Positions 1 to 10,676 of a DNA stretch of 64,000 nucleotides are shown here, piece after piece. Position 1 is the first letter of the stretch; each line of letters begins with the position of its first letter. Below the pieces are notes generated by a model that was not told the origin of the DNA, ran no database searches, and worked only from the letters and a program-made list of their open reading frames with translations. The translations under genes were made by a program, and so were the position numbers. This DNA is from an uncultured Thermotogaceae bacterium (GTDB lineage: Bacteria; Bipolaricaulota; Bipolaricaulia; Bipolaricaulales; Bipolaricaulaceae), in assembly GCA_964448595.1 (NCBI GenBank), contig CAYUWL010000001.1, positions 23,222 to 87,221 on the forward strand. Reading direction: 5' to 3'.

Positions 1-2
1 AG

Positions 3-998
3 GTGGTGGACCGGTCCCAGGTGATCCTGGACATCTTCGCCCAGCGGGCCGGAACCAAGGAGGCCGAACTGGCCGTGGAGCTGGCCCAGCTTGAGTACCT
101 TCTGCCTCGCCTCAGGGGTTGGGGTAAGGCCCTCACCGATCCCGGGGGCGGCATCGGCACCCGTGGACCAGGGGAAACCCGCCTGGAGCAGGACCGCCGG
201 AAGGTCAAGCGCCGCATTCAAGCCATCCGGAGGCGCCTTTCCGACGCCGATCGGGTGAGGGAGCTTAGGCGCAAGCGCAGGAGAGGGCTCGGCGTCCCCC
301 AGGTGGCCATCGTGGGCTACACCAACTCCGGCAAATCCACGCTATTTCGAGCCCTCACCGGGGCGGATGTCCTGGTGGAGGACAAGCTGTTTGCCACCTT
401 GGACGCACGGGTCAGGCGGGCCGTGCTCCCAGGTGGGCGTTGGGCTTTGGTCGCCGATACCGTGGGGTTCATCCGCCGGCTCCCCCACCAGCTCATCCCC
501 GCCTTCCGCGCCACCCTGGAGTCGGTAAGGGAAGCGGACCTTTTGCTCGTCGTGCTTGATGCTTCGTCCCCGTTCGTCCTTGAGCACCTCGCTGCAGTGA
601 GGGAGGTGTTGGCGGAACAGGTGTTCGGCGATGCACCGTTTCCGCCCCAGCTGTACGTGCTGAACAAGGTGGACCAGGTGCGGACTCCGGATCAGGAAGC
701 CTTGCTCTCCCGGCTCAGGCTTGAGGTCGCCCCTTCGGTGGCCGTATCCGCACTTTTTGGGACGAACATGGACGCGCTTAAGGAGGAGCTATCGGTGATG
801 CTGACGGGGCACTTCGCCCGCGTGCACGTGCGGATCCCCCAGGGGCGAGGGGATCTCATCCCTTTTCTTTCGAGGCTCGGCGACCTTCAGGGGGTGGAGT
901 GGGTGGGTGGGGAGGGGCTGGCCGAGCTCACCCTCCCTAGGGCGAGGCTTGGTCGACTCCGCAAGGCCCGGCTCGAGGTGGTTGAGGAGACGCCATGA
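3..998 (+). CDS. hflX: GTPase HflX (5' end outside window)
   Basis: ORF open at window edge; G-domain motifs GYTNSGKST, DTVGF, NKVD after an HflX-type helical N-domain. Confidence 0.9.
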   Translation: MVDRSQVILDIFAQRAGTKEAELAVELAQLEYLLPRLRGWGKALTDPGGGIGTRGPGETRLEQDRRKVKRRIQAIRRRLSDADRVRELRRKRRRGLGVPQVAIVGYTNSGKSTLFRALTGADVLVEDKLFATLDARVRRAVLPGGRWALVADTVGFIRRLPHQLIPAFRATLESVREADLLLVVLDASSPFVLEHLAAVREVLAEQVFGDAPFPPQLYVLNKVDQVRTPDQEALLSRLRLEVAPSVAVSALFGTNMDALKEELSVMLTGHFARVHVRIPQGRGDLIPFLSRLGDLQGVEWVGGEGLAELTLPRARLGRLRKARLEVVEETP

Positions 999-2062
999 GC
1001 ATCTGGCACTACAAATTCCTGGGCAATGAGCTTTGGCAGTACGGGGCGTTCTTCCTGATCCTTTTGGGGGCGGCCCTGGTTCACCTTGCGCTGAGGCGCC
1101 TTTGGGAAGTACTGCTTTCCCGGCGCAAGTTGGGGGAGGAGCGCGTAAGGGAGACGCTGCGGGCACTGGGGCGGCGTCCGCTTGGGGCGATGATCTTCGT
1201 CCTCGCCCTGTGGGGGGGCTTGAAGGTGTTCGTGATCCCCGAGGGCGCGGGGGCCGTCATCCGGGGGCTGTTCGTAGCCATCACCACTTTCCTTGTCATC
1301 TACGGGCTTTCCAAGGTCGCCGATGTGCTGTTTGCTCTTTGGGCCGAGCGTGCCAAGCGGACGGAAGGCCGGTTGGACGACCAGGTGATCCCCATTTTAA
1401 GGAAAGTCACCAAGGCCTTCCTATGGGGTGTGGGGGTGCTCCTGGTGCTTCAAAACCTGGGGTACAACGTATCGAGCCTCCTTGCAGGCCTTGGGATCGG
1501 GGGGTTGGCGGTGGCCCTGGCGGCCCAGGAGACGCTGTCCAACTTCATCGGGGCCCTGGCCCTCCTGGTGGACCGACCTTGTCAGGTAGGGGACAGGGTG
1601 CAGTTTGAGGACGTCGACGGCACGGTGGAGGCCGTGGGCCTCCGCTCAACCCGCATTCGCACCCTGGACGGTACGGTCGTCTCCGTCCCCAACCGCTTGA
1701 TGGCCAATGCGAAGATCAACAACATCGCCAAGCGTCCCACCATCAAGAACATGTACACGGTGGGGATCACCTACGGCACCCCTTATGAAAAGGTCCAGGA
1801 GGCCCTTAGGATCCTGCGGGAGATCCTGGCGGGGCATCCCAGCACGGAGAACTATTGGGTTTATTTTAAGGAGTTCGGCCCCTACTCCTTGAACATCCTC
1901 GTCATCCACTGGTGTAAGTACACGGCCTACCAGAAGTTCCTCGAGGCCACGGAGGAGATCAACCTGGAGATCAAGCGCAGGTTTGAGGAGGCGGGGATCG
2001 AGTTCGCCTTTCCTACCCAGACGGTTCAGGTGGAGGGGCTTCCGGCTCCGAGTTCGAGTTGA
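995..2062 (+). CDS. MscS-family mechanosensitive ion channel
   Basis: N-terminal TM helices, then pore/beta-domain signature GLGIGGLAVALAAQETLSNFIG ... GTVEAVGLRSTRIRTLDGTVVSVPN; ATGA overlap with hflX stop. Confidence 0.85.
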   Translation: MSIWHYKFLGNELWQYGAFFLILLGAALVHLALRRLWEVLLSRRKLGEERVRETLRALGRRPLGAMIFVLALWGGLKVFVIPEGAGAVIRGLFVAITTFLVIYGLSKVADVLFALWAERAKRTEGRLDDQVIPILRKVTKAFLWGVGVLLVLQNLGYNVSSLLAGLGIGGLAVALAAQETLSNFIGALALLVDRPCQVGDRVQFEDVDGTVEAVGLRSTRIRTLDGTVVSVPNRLMANAKINNIAKRPTIKNMYTVGITYGTPYEKVQEALRILREILAGHPSTENYWVYFKEFGPYSLNILVIHWCKYTAYQKFLEATEEINLEIKRRFEEAGIEFAFPTQTVQVEGLPAPSSS

Positions 2063-2846
2063 GCTTCTCCCACTGGACCTCCCCTCGGCTTCCGTCCTCC
2101 CAGGCCAAGGTCAGGGTGTTGCGGAAGATGTTTATCCCCACCACCCTCCCTTTTCGCCCTTCCAGGACGATCTTTTCCCCCACCTTGGGCAGCCCCCGGA
2201 GCGCCTCTAGGTATTGAGCGTGCTCGTAAGCCAAACAACACATGAGGCGACCACAGCACCCGGTGATCCGTTCGGGGGAGAAGAATAGCTGTTGGTCGAA
2301 GGCGAGCTCCAGGGGGATGGGGCGGAGTTGCCTCAGGAAAGAGCGGCAGCAAAGCGGGCGTCCACATGGTCCCAGACCTCCCAGGAGGCGGGCCGCATCC
2401 CGGGGCCCTACTTGACGGAACTCGATGCGCAGCTTGAGCTCCTTGCTTAGGTCCCGCAACAGGTCTCGGAAGTCAACCCTGCCTGGAGCGGTGAAGTACA
2501 GCCTAAGGAAACGCCGCTTGAGGTCTAACTCCCCCGAAACAAACCGCATGGGCAGGCCCTGGGCGCAAGTCCGGGTCTGGGCTCGGGAGATGAGGCCGGG
2601 GACCTCCGACTCACATTCCCTAAACCGCTTGTGATCGCCATCATTGGCTGGCCGGAGGAGTGTGCCTTCGGGCTCACCTTGCTCGTGCACCGGGGAGCGA
2701 AGGACCTGGACAAGCCACACACCACGGCCGTCGTCCTCGATCCAGATTTGGCCAGTTCGTCCTACGATGCCCCCCCATACCGAAAGATGGACTTCCGGTT
2801 GAGGACCGTATCGGCGCACCAGCGCCTTCAGCCTTTTTTCGGCCAA
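2013..2846 (-). CDS. ricT: PSP1-domain protein (RicT/YaaT family)
   Basis: PSP1 C-terminal domain with Cys clusters GPCGRPLCC and GCCGRLMCC; directly downstream of holB, the conserved holB-yaaT pairing. Confidence 0.75.
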   Translation of the reverse strand: MAEKRLKALVRRYGPQPEVHLSVWGGIVGRTGQIWIEDDGRGVWLVQVLRSPVHEQGEPEGTLLRPANDGDHKRFRECESEVPGLISRAQTRTCAQGLPMRFVSGELDLKRRFLRLYFTAPGRVDFRDLLRDLSKELKLRIEFRQVGPRDAARLLGGLGPCGRPLCCRSFLRQLRPIPLELAFDQQLFFSPERITGCCGRLMCCLAYEHAQYLEALRGLPKVGEKIVLEGRKGRVVGINIFRNTLTLAWEDGSRGEVQWEKLNSNSEPEAPPPEPSG

Positions 2847-3760
2847 AGGAGAATCACCTCGAGCAGAAGTTTAACGTTAACGTTGGCCTCAAGTTCCCCA
2901 CGGGCAAGCGATACCTTTTTCGCCCACGCGGCCAACCGCTCGGGCGGGACGGGAAACGCGCCCTGGGGAGCGTCTCTGAGCAAGAAGTGTAACAACTCCC
3001 TTAGGAAAGTCAGGGCGGCTTCCCTTCCGCCCCGGGCTAGTCGCTCGGCGGCAAGCAGGATTTCATCTCCTGCCGAGTTGGGAAGCTGCATGGCGATCGC
3101 CGCTGCCACGACACGCCGTCGGATCGGATCCGCTGCGCAGGCGCAAAACCTGTCGGCCAGTTCCAGAAGCGGGAGGCCATCCACCTCGCGCTTTGCCTCT
3201 TCCCATTCCGAGCGTGGGACCCTGCGGGCTTCGGTAAAGAAATGGATGTCTTCTTCGTTTTGGATGAACTCAAGGAGGAAATCGATCTCCTGATCGGTGT
3301 AGCCGGCGGCATGCAGCTTCTTTCTCCAAAGTTCCCGTGGGGGTTCGGCCCAGACCAGGGCACAGCGGGAGCGCACCGTGGGCAAGAGGTGATCAGGAGA
3401 AGAAGCGTAGAGGATGAATGTGAGATAGGCCGGAGCTTCTTCCAGCGATTTGAGCAGGGCACTTGCAGCTTCATGGGAAAGGCGCTCCGCTGGCCCGATC
3501 AGCACCACCCTATGGGGGGCGCGAACCGGGGCGTAGCGGGTCCACCAGATCGCCTCCCGCAGTTGATCGATCCCGATGCTCGCCCCTTCCGGGGTGACGG
3601 CGAAAAGATCAGGATGCCCCGCCGGCGGCGCTCCGAGGAGGGTTTTGGCGTGTTCCCTGGCCATCTGCTCGGCTCCCTCCCCGAGGAAAAGCTTAGGCAC
3701 CGCTTTCTCCATGGTCCTTAAGGTACGAACATAGGCCGGACTATACAAGACACAACTCAT
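2828..3760 (-). CDS. holB: DNA polymerase III delta-prime subunit
   Basis: Clamp-loader boxes ALLKSLEEAP and LPTVRSRC; no Walker A, as usual for delta-prime; start could be the internal Met at 3712. Confidence 0.7.
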   Translation of the reverse strand: MSCVLYSPAYVRTLRTMEKAVPKLFLGEGAEQMAREHAKTLLGAPPAGHPDLFAVTPEGASIGIDQLREAIWWTRYAPVRAPHRVVLIGPAERLSHEAASALLKSLEEAPAYLTFILYASSPDHLLPTVRSRCALVWAEPPRELWRKKLHAAGYTDQEIDFLLEFIQNEEDIHFFTEARRVPRSEWEEAKREVDGLPLLELADRFCACAADPIRRRVVAAAIAMQLPNSAGDEILLAAERLARGGREAALTFLRELLHFLLRDAPQGAFPVPPERLAAWAKKVSLARGELEANVNVKLLLEVILLWPKKG

Positions 3761-3809
3761 AAGAACAATGCTTCCAGTGAATTGATCGCACTCATTATGG
3801 GAGTTACTC

Positions 3810-3838
3810 TAGACAAGGGAACCAGATCATGCTATGCT
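3810..3838 (+). promoter_or_regulatory. Candidate sigma-70-type promoter for the RHH gene (TAGACA-17 nt-TATGCT)
   Basis: Hexamers read directly in the AT-rich holB/RHH divergent spacer; AGGAGG RBS follows before ATG 3872. Confidence 0.3.
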
Positions 3839-3871
3839 ATCTCCGAAAACGTGATGAAGGAGGGGTGAAAC

Positions 3872-4072
3872 ATGCCCAGACCGAAAAGCCAAGCGGCCAA
3901 GAACACGGCCAAGCTTTCGCTTTACATCCCGCCGTCTAAGGGTGGGATGGAAGTGCTCACGAAGCTGCGGAAGCTGGCCCGGGCCAAGGACCGATCGGTG
4001 AACTACATGGTAGTGGAGGCGATCCTCCAGTATCTGAAGAGGGAAGAGAAAAAGCAGGGGAAGTCAAGCTGA
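3872..4072 (+). CDS. Small ribbon-helix-helix (CopG/Arc-like) DNA-binding protein, orphan
   Basis: 66 aa; beta-strand KLSLYIP, then two helices (MEVLTKLRKLARAKD / SVNYMVVEAILQYLKRE); strong RBS GAAGGAGG 8 nt upstream. Confidence 0.55.
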   Translation: MPRPKSQAAKNTAKLSLYIPPSKGGMEVLTKLRKLARAKDRSVNYMVVEAILQYLKREEKKQGKSS

Positions 4073-4304
4073 TCTTTGCTTGTGCCGGTGGCCAGGCCTC
4101 CTGCTTGAGCCGCTCAGCGCTCTGGGACATGAGCACAGCTCTGTCGTAGTGCGTCCCGGGCGTAATACGTCGGAGCGGCCGTCTGCCTGCGTTCCACCAG
4201 CGCGAACCCTACCTGCTCGTTGCGGTGCAGGAGATCCTCCCCGCATACCGGTACGTCAGCAGATTTGTCGTAGAGGTCGTCCGTCCTTTAGGGAAGCCAC
4301 ACCG

Positions 4305-6556
<2,252 letters not shown>

Positions 6557-6562
6557 GGTTCA

Positions 6563-6750
6563 TTACCCGTAAACCGTTATCCGTGATCCGTTAGCCGTGA
6601 ACCGCTGTCCGGGAGCCACAAACCGGGTTGACCCCTGGCATGGGTCACTTGCTGGGATGGCCAGCCTCACTCGGTTCCAATCCTCTTTCCGGGTCTTCTC
6701 AAAATTTCTCACCATGGATCACCGATCACGGTTTACGGATCACGGATCAC
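6563..6750. repeat. Structured intergenic element: six forward CCGTNNN heptads (6567-6608) and six inverted NNNACGG heptads (6718-6759) around a 109-bp core, bracketed by GGTTCA direct repeats
   Basis: Read directly: ccgtaaa ccgttat ccgtgat ccgttag ccgtgaa ccgctgt ... atcaccg atcacgg tttacgg atcacgg atcacgg ttcacgc; GGTTCA at 6557-6562 and 6751-6756. Confidence 0.8.
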
Positions 6751-6753
6751 GGT

Positions 6754-8259
6754 TCACGCCCGGAAGGATTCCTTGAACGCCTTGGCCGCCCGCTCCAGCC
6801 CCTCCCGGACGGAATCGGTCATGTGCCGCTCCCGCGCTAGCTCCGCAAGGACCTGAGGATGCTCCTCCCTGAGATAGGCCAGGAACCGCTGCTCGAAGTT
6901 CCCTACCGCCTCCACCGGGAGGTCGTCCAGGTACCCCGAGACGGCCACGTACAGGGCGGCCACCTGCTCCTCCACCGGCATCGGCTGGTACTGGGGCTGC
7001 TTCAGCATCTCCATGACCCGGGCCCCCCGGGCGAGCTGGGCCTGGGATGCTTCATCCAGCTCCTGGGCGAACTCGGCGAACGCCGCCAGGTCCCGGTACT
7101 GAGCGAGCTCCAGCCTGAGCTGCCCTGCCACCTCCTTCATGGCCGGGATCTGGGCCGCACCACCGACACGGGACACCGAAAGCCCTACGTTCATCGCCGG
7201 CCGCTGCCCCTTGTTGAAAAGATCGCTTTCCAGATAGATCTGCCCGTCGGTGATGGAGATGAGGTTGGTGGGGATGTAGGCGGTGATGTCGCCGGCTTTG
7301 GTCTCCACGATGGGGAGGGCGGTGAGGGATCCCCCTCCGTGCTCGTCCGAAAGCCTGGCCGCCCGCTCAAGGAGCCGGGAGTGGGTGTAGAAGATGTCCC
7401 CGGGGTAGGCCTCCCGCCCCGGCGGCCGCCTGAGAAGGAGCGAGATCTCTCGGTAGGCCACCGCGTGCTTTGAAAGGTCGTCGTAGACGATCAGGGCGTC
7501 CTGCCCCCGATCGCGGAAATACTCCCCCATGGCACAACCGGCGTAGGGGGCGATGTACTGCAAGGGGGCGGGGTCTTCGGCCGCGGCGGCCACCACGATG
7601 GTGTACTCCATGGCCCCATACCGCTTGAAGGCATCCACCACTTTGGCGATGGTGGAGGACTTTTGGCCGATGGCGACGTAGATGCAGAAGACGTCCTGCC
7701 CCTTTTGGTTGATGATGGTGTCCACGGCGATGGCGGTCTTTCCGGTGCGGCGGTCGCCGATGATGAGTTCCCTTTGGCCCCGGCCGATGGGGGTGAGGGC
7801 GTCGATGCACTTGATCCCGGTCTGAAGGGGGGTATCCACCGGCTTTCTGGCGATCACCCCGGGGGCCTTCTCATCGGTCTTTCTGTAGCCGGCGGGCTCG
7901 ATCTCCGGGCCCCCGTCCAAAGGCCGGCCCAGGGGGTCCACCACCCGGCCGAGGAACCCCTCCCCAACTGGGGTCTGGAGCACCCGGCCGGTGCGCCGGA
8001 CCTCGTCCCCCTCCTTTATGGCCTCGTCAGGCCCCAGGAGGGCCACCCCCACCGAGTCCTCCTGGAGGTCGAGGACGAGGCCATAGATATCCCCGGGGAA
8101 GCGGAGGAGCTCGGAGGACACGGCGGACCTGAGCCCCCACACGCGGGCGATCCCGTCCCCTACCTCCACCACCACGCCGACCTCCTCCATCTCAAGGTCC
8201 GCCCCCAGGTTCTTTATCTGTTCCCTTAAGATCGCGGCGATCTCGTCTCTCCTCGCCAT
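6754..8259 (-). CDS. atpA: F1 ATP synthase alpha subunit
   Basis: Walker A GDRRTGKT; alpha-family sequence throughout. Confidence 0.97.
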   Translation of the reverse strand: MARRDEIAAILREQIKNLGADLEMEEVGVVVEVGDGIARVWGLRSAVSSELLRFPGDIYGLVLDLQEDSVGVALLGPDEAIKEGDEVRRTGRVLQTPVGEGFLGRVVDPLGRPLDGGPEIEPAGYRKTDEKAPGVIARKPVDTPLQTGIKCIDALTPIGRGQRELIIGDRRTGKTAIAVDTIINQKGQDVFCIYVAIGQKSSTIAKVVDAFKRYGAMEYTIVVAAAAEDPAPLQYIAPYAGCAMGEYFRDRGQDALIVYDDLSKHAVAYREISLLLRRPPGREAYPGDIFYTHSRLLERAARLSDEHGGGSLTALPIVETKAGDITAYIPTNLISITDGQIYLESDLFNKGQRPAMNVGLSVSRVGGAAQIPAMKEVAGQLRLELAQYRDLAAFAEFAQELDEASQAQLARGARVMEMLKQPQYQPMPVEEQVAALYVAVSGYLDDLPVEAVGNFEQRFLAYLREEHPQVLAELARERHMTDSVREGLERAAKAFKESFRA

Positions 8260-8262
8260 GTC

Positions 8263-8796
8263 TCACCCCTTAAGGCCGGCGGCCAGCCGCGCCAACTTGC
8301 CCCGCACCGAGGCGTCCAGGCGCCTTCCTGCTATCACAAGCTCCGCCCCGGCCAACAGCTCCGGCGCTCGCTCCAGGGACAGGGCCACCGGCTTCCCCAG
8401 GGCCTTCTCCAGGCGGGCCCGCAGCCGGGAGAGCTCGCCCTCCGATAGGTCCCGGGCGACCCGGAGCAGCACGTGCACCAGCTTCCCCTGCTCCTCCCCC
8501 GCCTCCAGGAACTGGTCCCCTATCAGGGGGAGCAGGGCCACCCGCCCCTTCCTCACCAGCAAGAGGAGCAGGTTGTGCACATAAGGATGCATCCCCTCGG
8601 TCAGCGCTTCCACCACCCGCTCCTTCGCCTCCCGGGGGATGAGAGGGTGGACCAGAAACTTCTCCAGCTCTGGCAGGGCCCTCCACAGCCCCTCCAGCCG
8701 GGCCAGCTCCCCCCCGATCCGGTCCTCCAAGCCTTCCTTCCCGGCCAGCTCGTATAGGGCCTCGGCATACCGCTTGGCCACGGTTTCCTGGGCCAT
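8263..8796 (-). CDS. atpH: F1 ATP synthase delta (OSCP) subunit
   Basis: 177 aa OSCP-like helical protein between atpF and atpA. Confidence 0.85.
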   Translation of the reverse strand: MAQETVAKRYAEALYELAGKEGLEDRIGGELARLEGLWRALPELEKFLVHPLIPREAKERVVEALTEGMHPYVHNLLLLLVRKGRVALLPLIGDQFLEAGEEQGKLVHVLLRVARDLSEGELSRLRARLEKALGKPVALSLERAPELLAGAELVIAGRRLDASVRGKLARLAAGLKG

Positions 8797-8799
8797 GGG

Positions 8800-9315
8800 T
8801 CAGGAGAGAAGTCGGGCATCGATCCTCTGGGCCAGCTCGGAGATCAGCCGCTGGTGGTCCTCGGGGCGCACCTCGCGCTGCAGCACCTTGCTCGCCCCCA
8901 GGATGACCAGGTCGGCGTAGGCCCGCCTGAGGTTGGCCAAGGCCTCCTCCACCTCCCGGGCCGCTGCCTCTTCGGCCTCCTTCAGGATCACCTGGGCCTG
9001 GACACGGGCCTCCTCCCGCGCCGCCTTCAACATCTCCTGGGCTTGGGCCTCGGCGGCGGACAAGATCTCCTGGGCCCGGCGGTTGGCCTGGGCGAGGCGC
9101 TCCTCCTGCTCCTTTATCAAAGCCTTGGCTTGCTCCTCGGCCTCCTTGGCCGTCCGCAGGCGCTCCTCCTCCCGGGCCCGCCGGGCGTCGAGCCATCTTA
9201 GGGCAGGCTTGTAGAGCAAGCGCTTGAGCAGCCACAGGAGCAGGGCGAAGTTGATCAGGTTGAAGACGAAGGTCCAGTTGATGCTCTTTACGATGGTCCC
9301 CCACTCCAGTTTCAC
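8800..9315 (-). CDS. atpF: Fo ATP synthase b subunit
   Basis: One N-terminal TM helix, then a long charged Ala/Glu/Arg helix; operon position. Confidence 0.85.
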   Translation of the reverse strand: MKLEWGTIVKSINWTFVFNLINFALLLWLLKRLLYKPALRWLDARRAREEERLRTAKEAEEQAKALIKEQEERLAQANRRAQEILSAAEAQAQEMLKAAREEARVQAQVILKEAEEAAAREVEEALANLRRAYADLVILGASKVLQREVRPEDHQRLISELAQRIDARLLS

Positions 9316-9324
9316 TTTTCCCCC

Positions 9325-9567
9325 TTAGGCCACGAAGATGAGGATGATGGCCACCACGAGGGAATAGATCCCGGTGGACTCAGTGATCGCTTGGCCGATG
9401 ATCATCGTCCTAAGAAGCGAGGCCTCCATCTCCGGTTGGCGGGCCATCCCGTCCAGGGCATGGGCGGCAACGATGCCCTCGCCGATGGCCGGGCCGATGG
9501 CCCCCAGCGCCATACAGAACCCCGCGGCCAGATACTTGGCCGCCGCGATGATGTCCGCTCCTGTCAT
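9325..9567 (-). CDS. atpE: Fo ATP synthase c subunit with Na+-type ion-site signature
   Basis: 80-aa hairpin, loop ARQPE; ion-site residues GPAIGEG (E30) and ITESTGIYS (E63, S64, T65, Y68). Confidence 0.93.
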   Translation of the reverse strand: MTGADIIAAAKYLAAGFCMALGAIGPAIGEGIVAAHALDGMARQPEMEASLLRTMIIGQAITESTGIYSLVVAIILIFVA

Positions 9568-9579
9568 CTCATACCTCCT

Positions 9580-10320
9580 TCACTCCACGGCGACATTAAT
9601 GTACGCCGAAGCCAAAAGCGCAAACACAAGCGCCTGTATTGCCCCAACAAACAGGCCGAACCAGGCGTTCAGAAGCGTCCCCACGGACACCCCCCCCAGA
9701 AAGGCGACCGGGGCCAGCACGGGGACCCGCATGGCCTTCCCCGCCAGATCGAGCACGATGGCGGTGAGGATCGCTCCTCCCAAAATATTTCCGAACAGAC
9801 GGAACGCGTGCGATAGTGTCCGCCCGAAGTCCCCGATCAGGTTCATGGGCAGAAGAAACGGGTACGGCTCAAGATAGCTCTTCAGGTGCTTCTTCAGACC
9901 CCGCTCCTTGGCCCCGTACACGTGGACCATGGTGTATACCATCAGGGCCAGGCCGAAGGTGACGTTGATGTCCTGGGTGGGGGAAGCGATGTAGGGGATG
10001 GGGAGGATGCTGACCCAGTTGGAGAACAGCACGAACAGGAAGATCGTGGTGACAAGCGGCAAAAGCTCCCGCGCCAGCCGCTTGGGATAGCCTCCCAAAA
10101 GCTGCGTCTCCGCAAGCTCCATGGCGATTGCCAGCAGGGCCGCTCGCCGGGTGGGCGGAGCCTCCGGATCCTGCGGCAGCCCCCGGCGGAGCCACCAGGA
10201 AAGGAGCACGAGCAGCAGGGTGACCCCCACGGCCACCGCCATGACCGCAAGATCGAAGGCGATGTCCATCCCCCCCATCCGGAAGTGGAGGATGAGCTTC
10301 TTGCCTAGCTCCCCTGACAT
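9580..10320 (-). CDS. atpB: Fo ATP synthase a subunit
   Basis: Essential-Arg motif LSHAFRLFGNILGG. Start set to ATG 10320 (MSGELGKK), because the longer ORF overlaps atpI out of frame with Gly/Pro/Arg-rich sequence. Confidence 0.88.
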   Translation of the reverse strand: MSGELGKKLILHFRMGGMDIAFDLAVMAVAVGVTLLLVLLSWWLRRGLPQDPEAPPTRRAALLAIAMELAETQLLGGYPKRLARELLPLVTTIFLFVLFSNWVSILPIPYIASPTQDINVTFGLALMVYTMVHVYGAKERGLKKHLKSYLEPYPFLLPMNLIGDFGRTLSHAFRLFGNILGGAILTAIVLDLAGKAMRVPVLAPVAFLGGVSVGTLLNAWFGLFVGAIQALVFALLASAYINVAVE

Positions 10321-10676
10321 GACGACTTGCGAAGGATAATCACCTTGGCCCAGAGCACAAGGGGGGGCAAGGCAAGGCCCACTGCCAGGGCCAAGGGGGG
10401 CAGGCCCAAACAGATCCCGCCCACTGCTATGCTTGCCATCAAAAACAGGCGTGCTGCGCCCATCAGCCCGGCAGCGAGGCCCACGCGCCCTCCCCGGGGC
10501 AGGGTCCCCAGGAACAGGACGCCCACCAGGCGCCCGGCCGCCACGGCCGTAAGCCCGAGCAGCACCCCGCCACTCCAAGCCGGGGAGGTGGCCGCCAGGC
10601 CCAATGCCAATAGAATACCGACCCCAAAAGCTTCAGGAAGGCCTACCAAAGAGGCCTTAAAGAGATCCCGCCTCAC
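10305..10676 (-). CDS. Small hydrophobic ATP synthase protein I-like (AtpI/AtpZ-like)
   Basis: 123 aa, about four predicted TM helices, immediately upstream of atpB; GTG start overlaps frr stop (GTGA). Confidence 0.5.
   Translation of the reverse strand: MRRDLFKASLVGLPEAFGVGILLALGLAATSPAWSGGVLLGLTAVAAGRLVGVLFLGTLPRGGRVGLAAGLMGAARLFLMASIAVGGICLGLPPLALAVGLALPPLVLWAKVIILRKSSCQGS

Noticed and set aside
4064-4246. 60-aa minus ORF and other minus frames downstream of atpD, examined as possible atpC
   Set aside because: None of the three frames shows epsilon-like sequence, and the available space (232 bp) is too short for a ~130-aa epsilon.
6668-6690. tRNA T-loop-like string GGTTCCAATCC in the atp intergenic element
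   Set aside because: The flanking bases cannot form a T-stem, and no acceptor, D or anticodon arms can be drawn. It is not a tRNA or tmRNA fragment.
6563-6715. 50-aa minus-strand ORF (MVRNFEKTRKEDWNRV...) inside the atpA-atpG heptad element
   Set aside because: A third of it is just the translated heptad repeat. The SD-like GGTGAT is only 2 nt from the ATG, and no family resemblance was seen. It is kept only as a possibility if the element proves to be mobile.
6567-6759. Possible CRISPR or mini-CRISPR because of the short tandem repeats
   Set aside because: The repeat unit is 7 nt with no spacers, the two arrays are in inverted orientation, and no cas genes or leader are present.
8270-9304. 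344-aa minus-strand ORF spanning atpH and atpF
   Set aside because: It lies out of frame over two well-supported ATP synthase genes. Its translation is Gly/Pro/Ala/Arg low-complexity sequence, typical of alternative frames in high-G+C DNA.
9580-10578. Long form (332 aa) of the atpB ORF
   Set aside because: The first 86 residues are Gly/Arg/Pro-rich and overlap the AtpI-like gene in another frame. The internal ATG at 10320 gives a normal a-subunit N-terminus.
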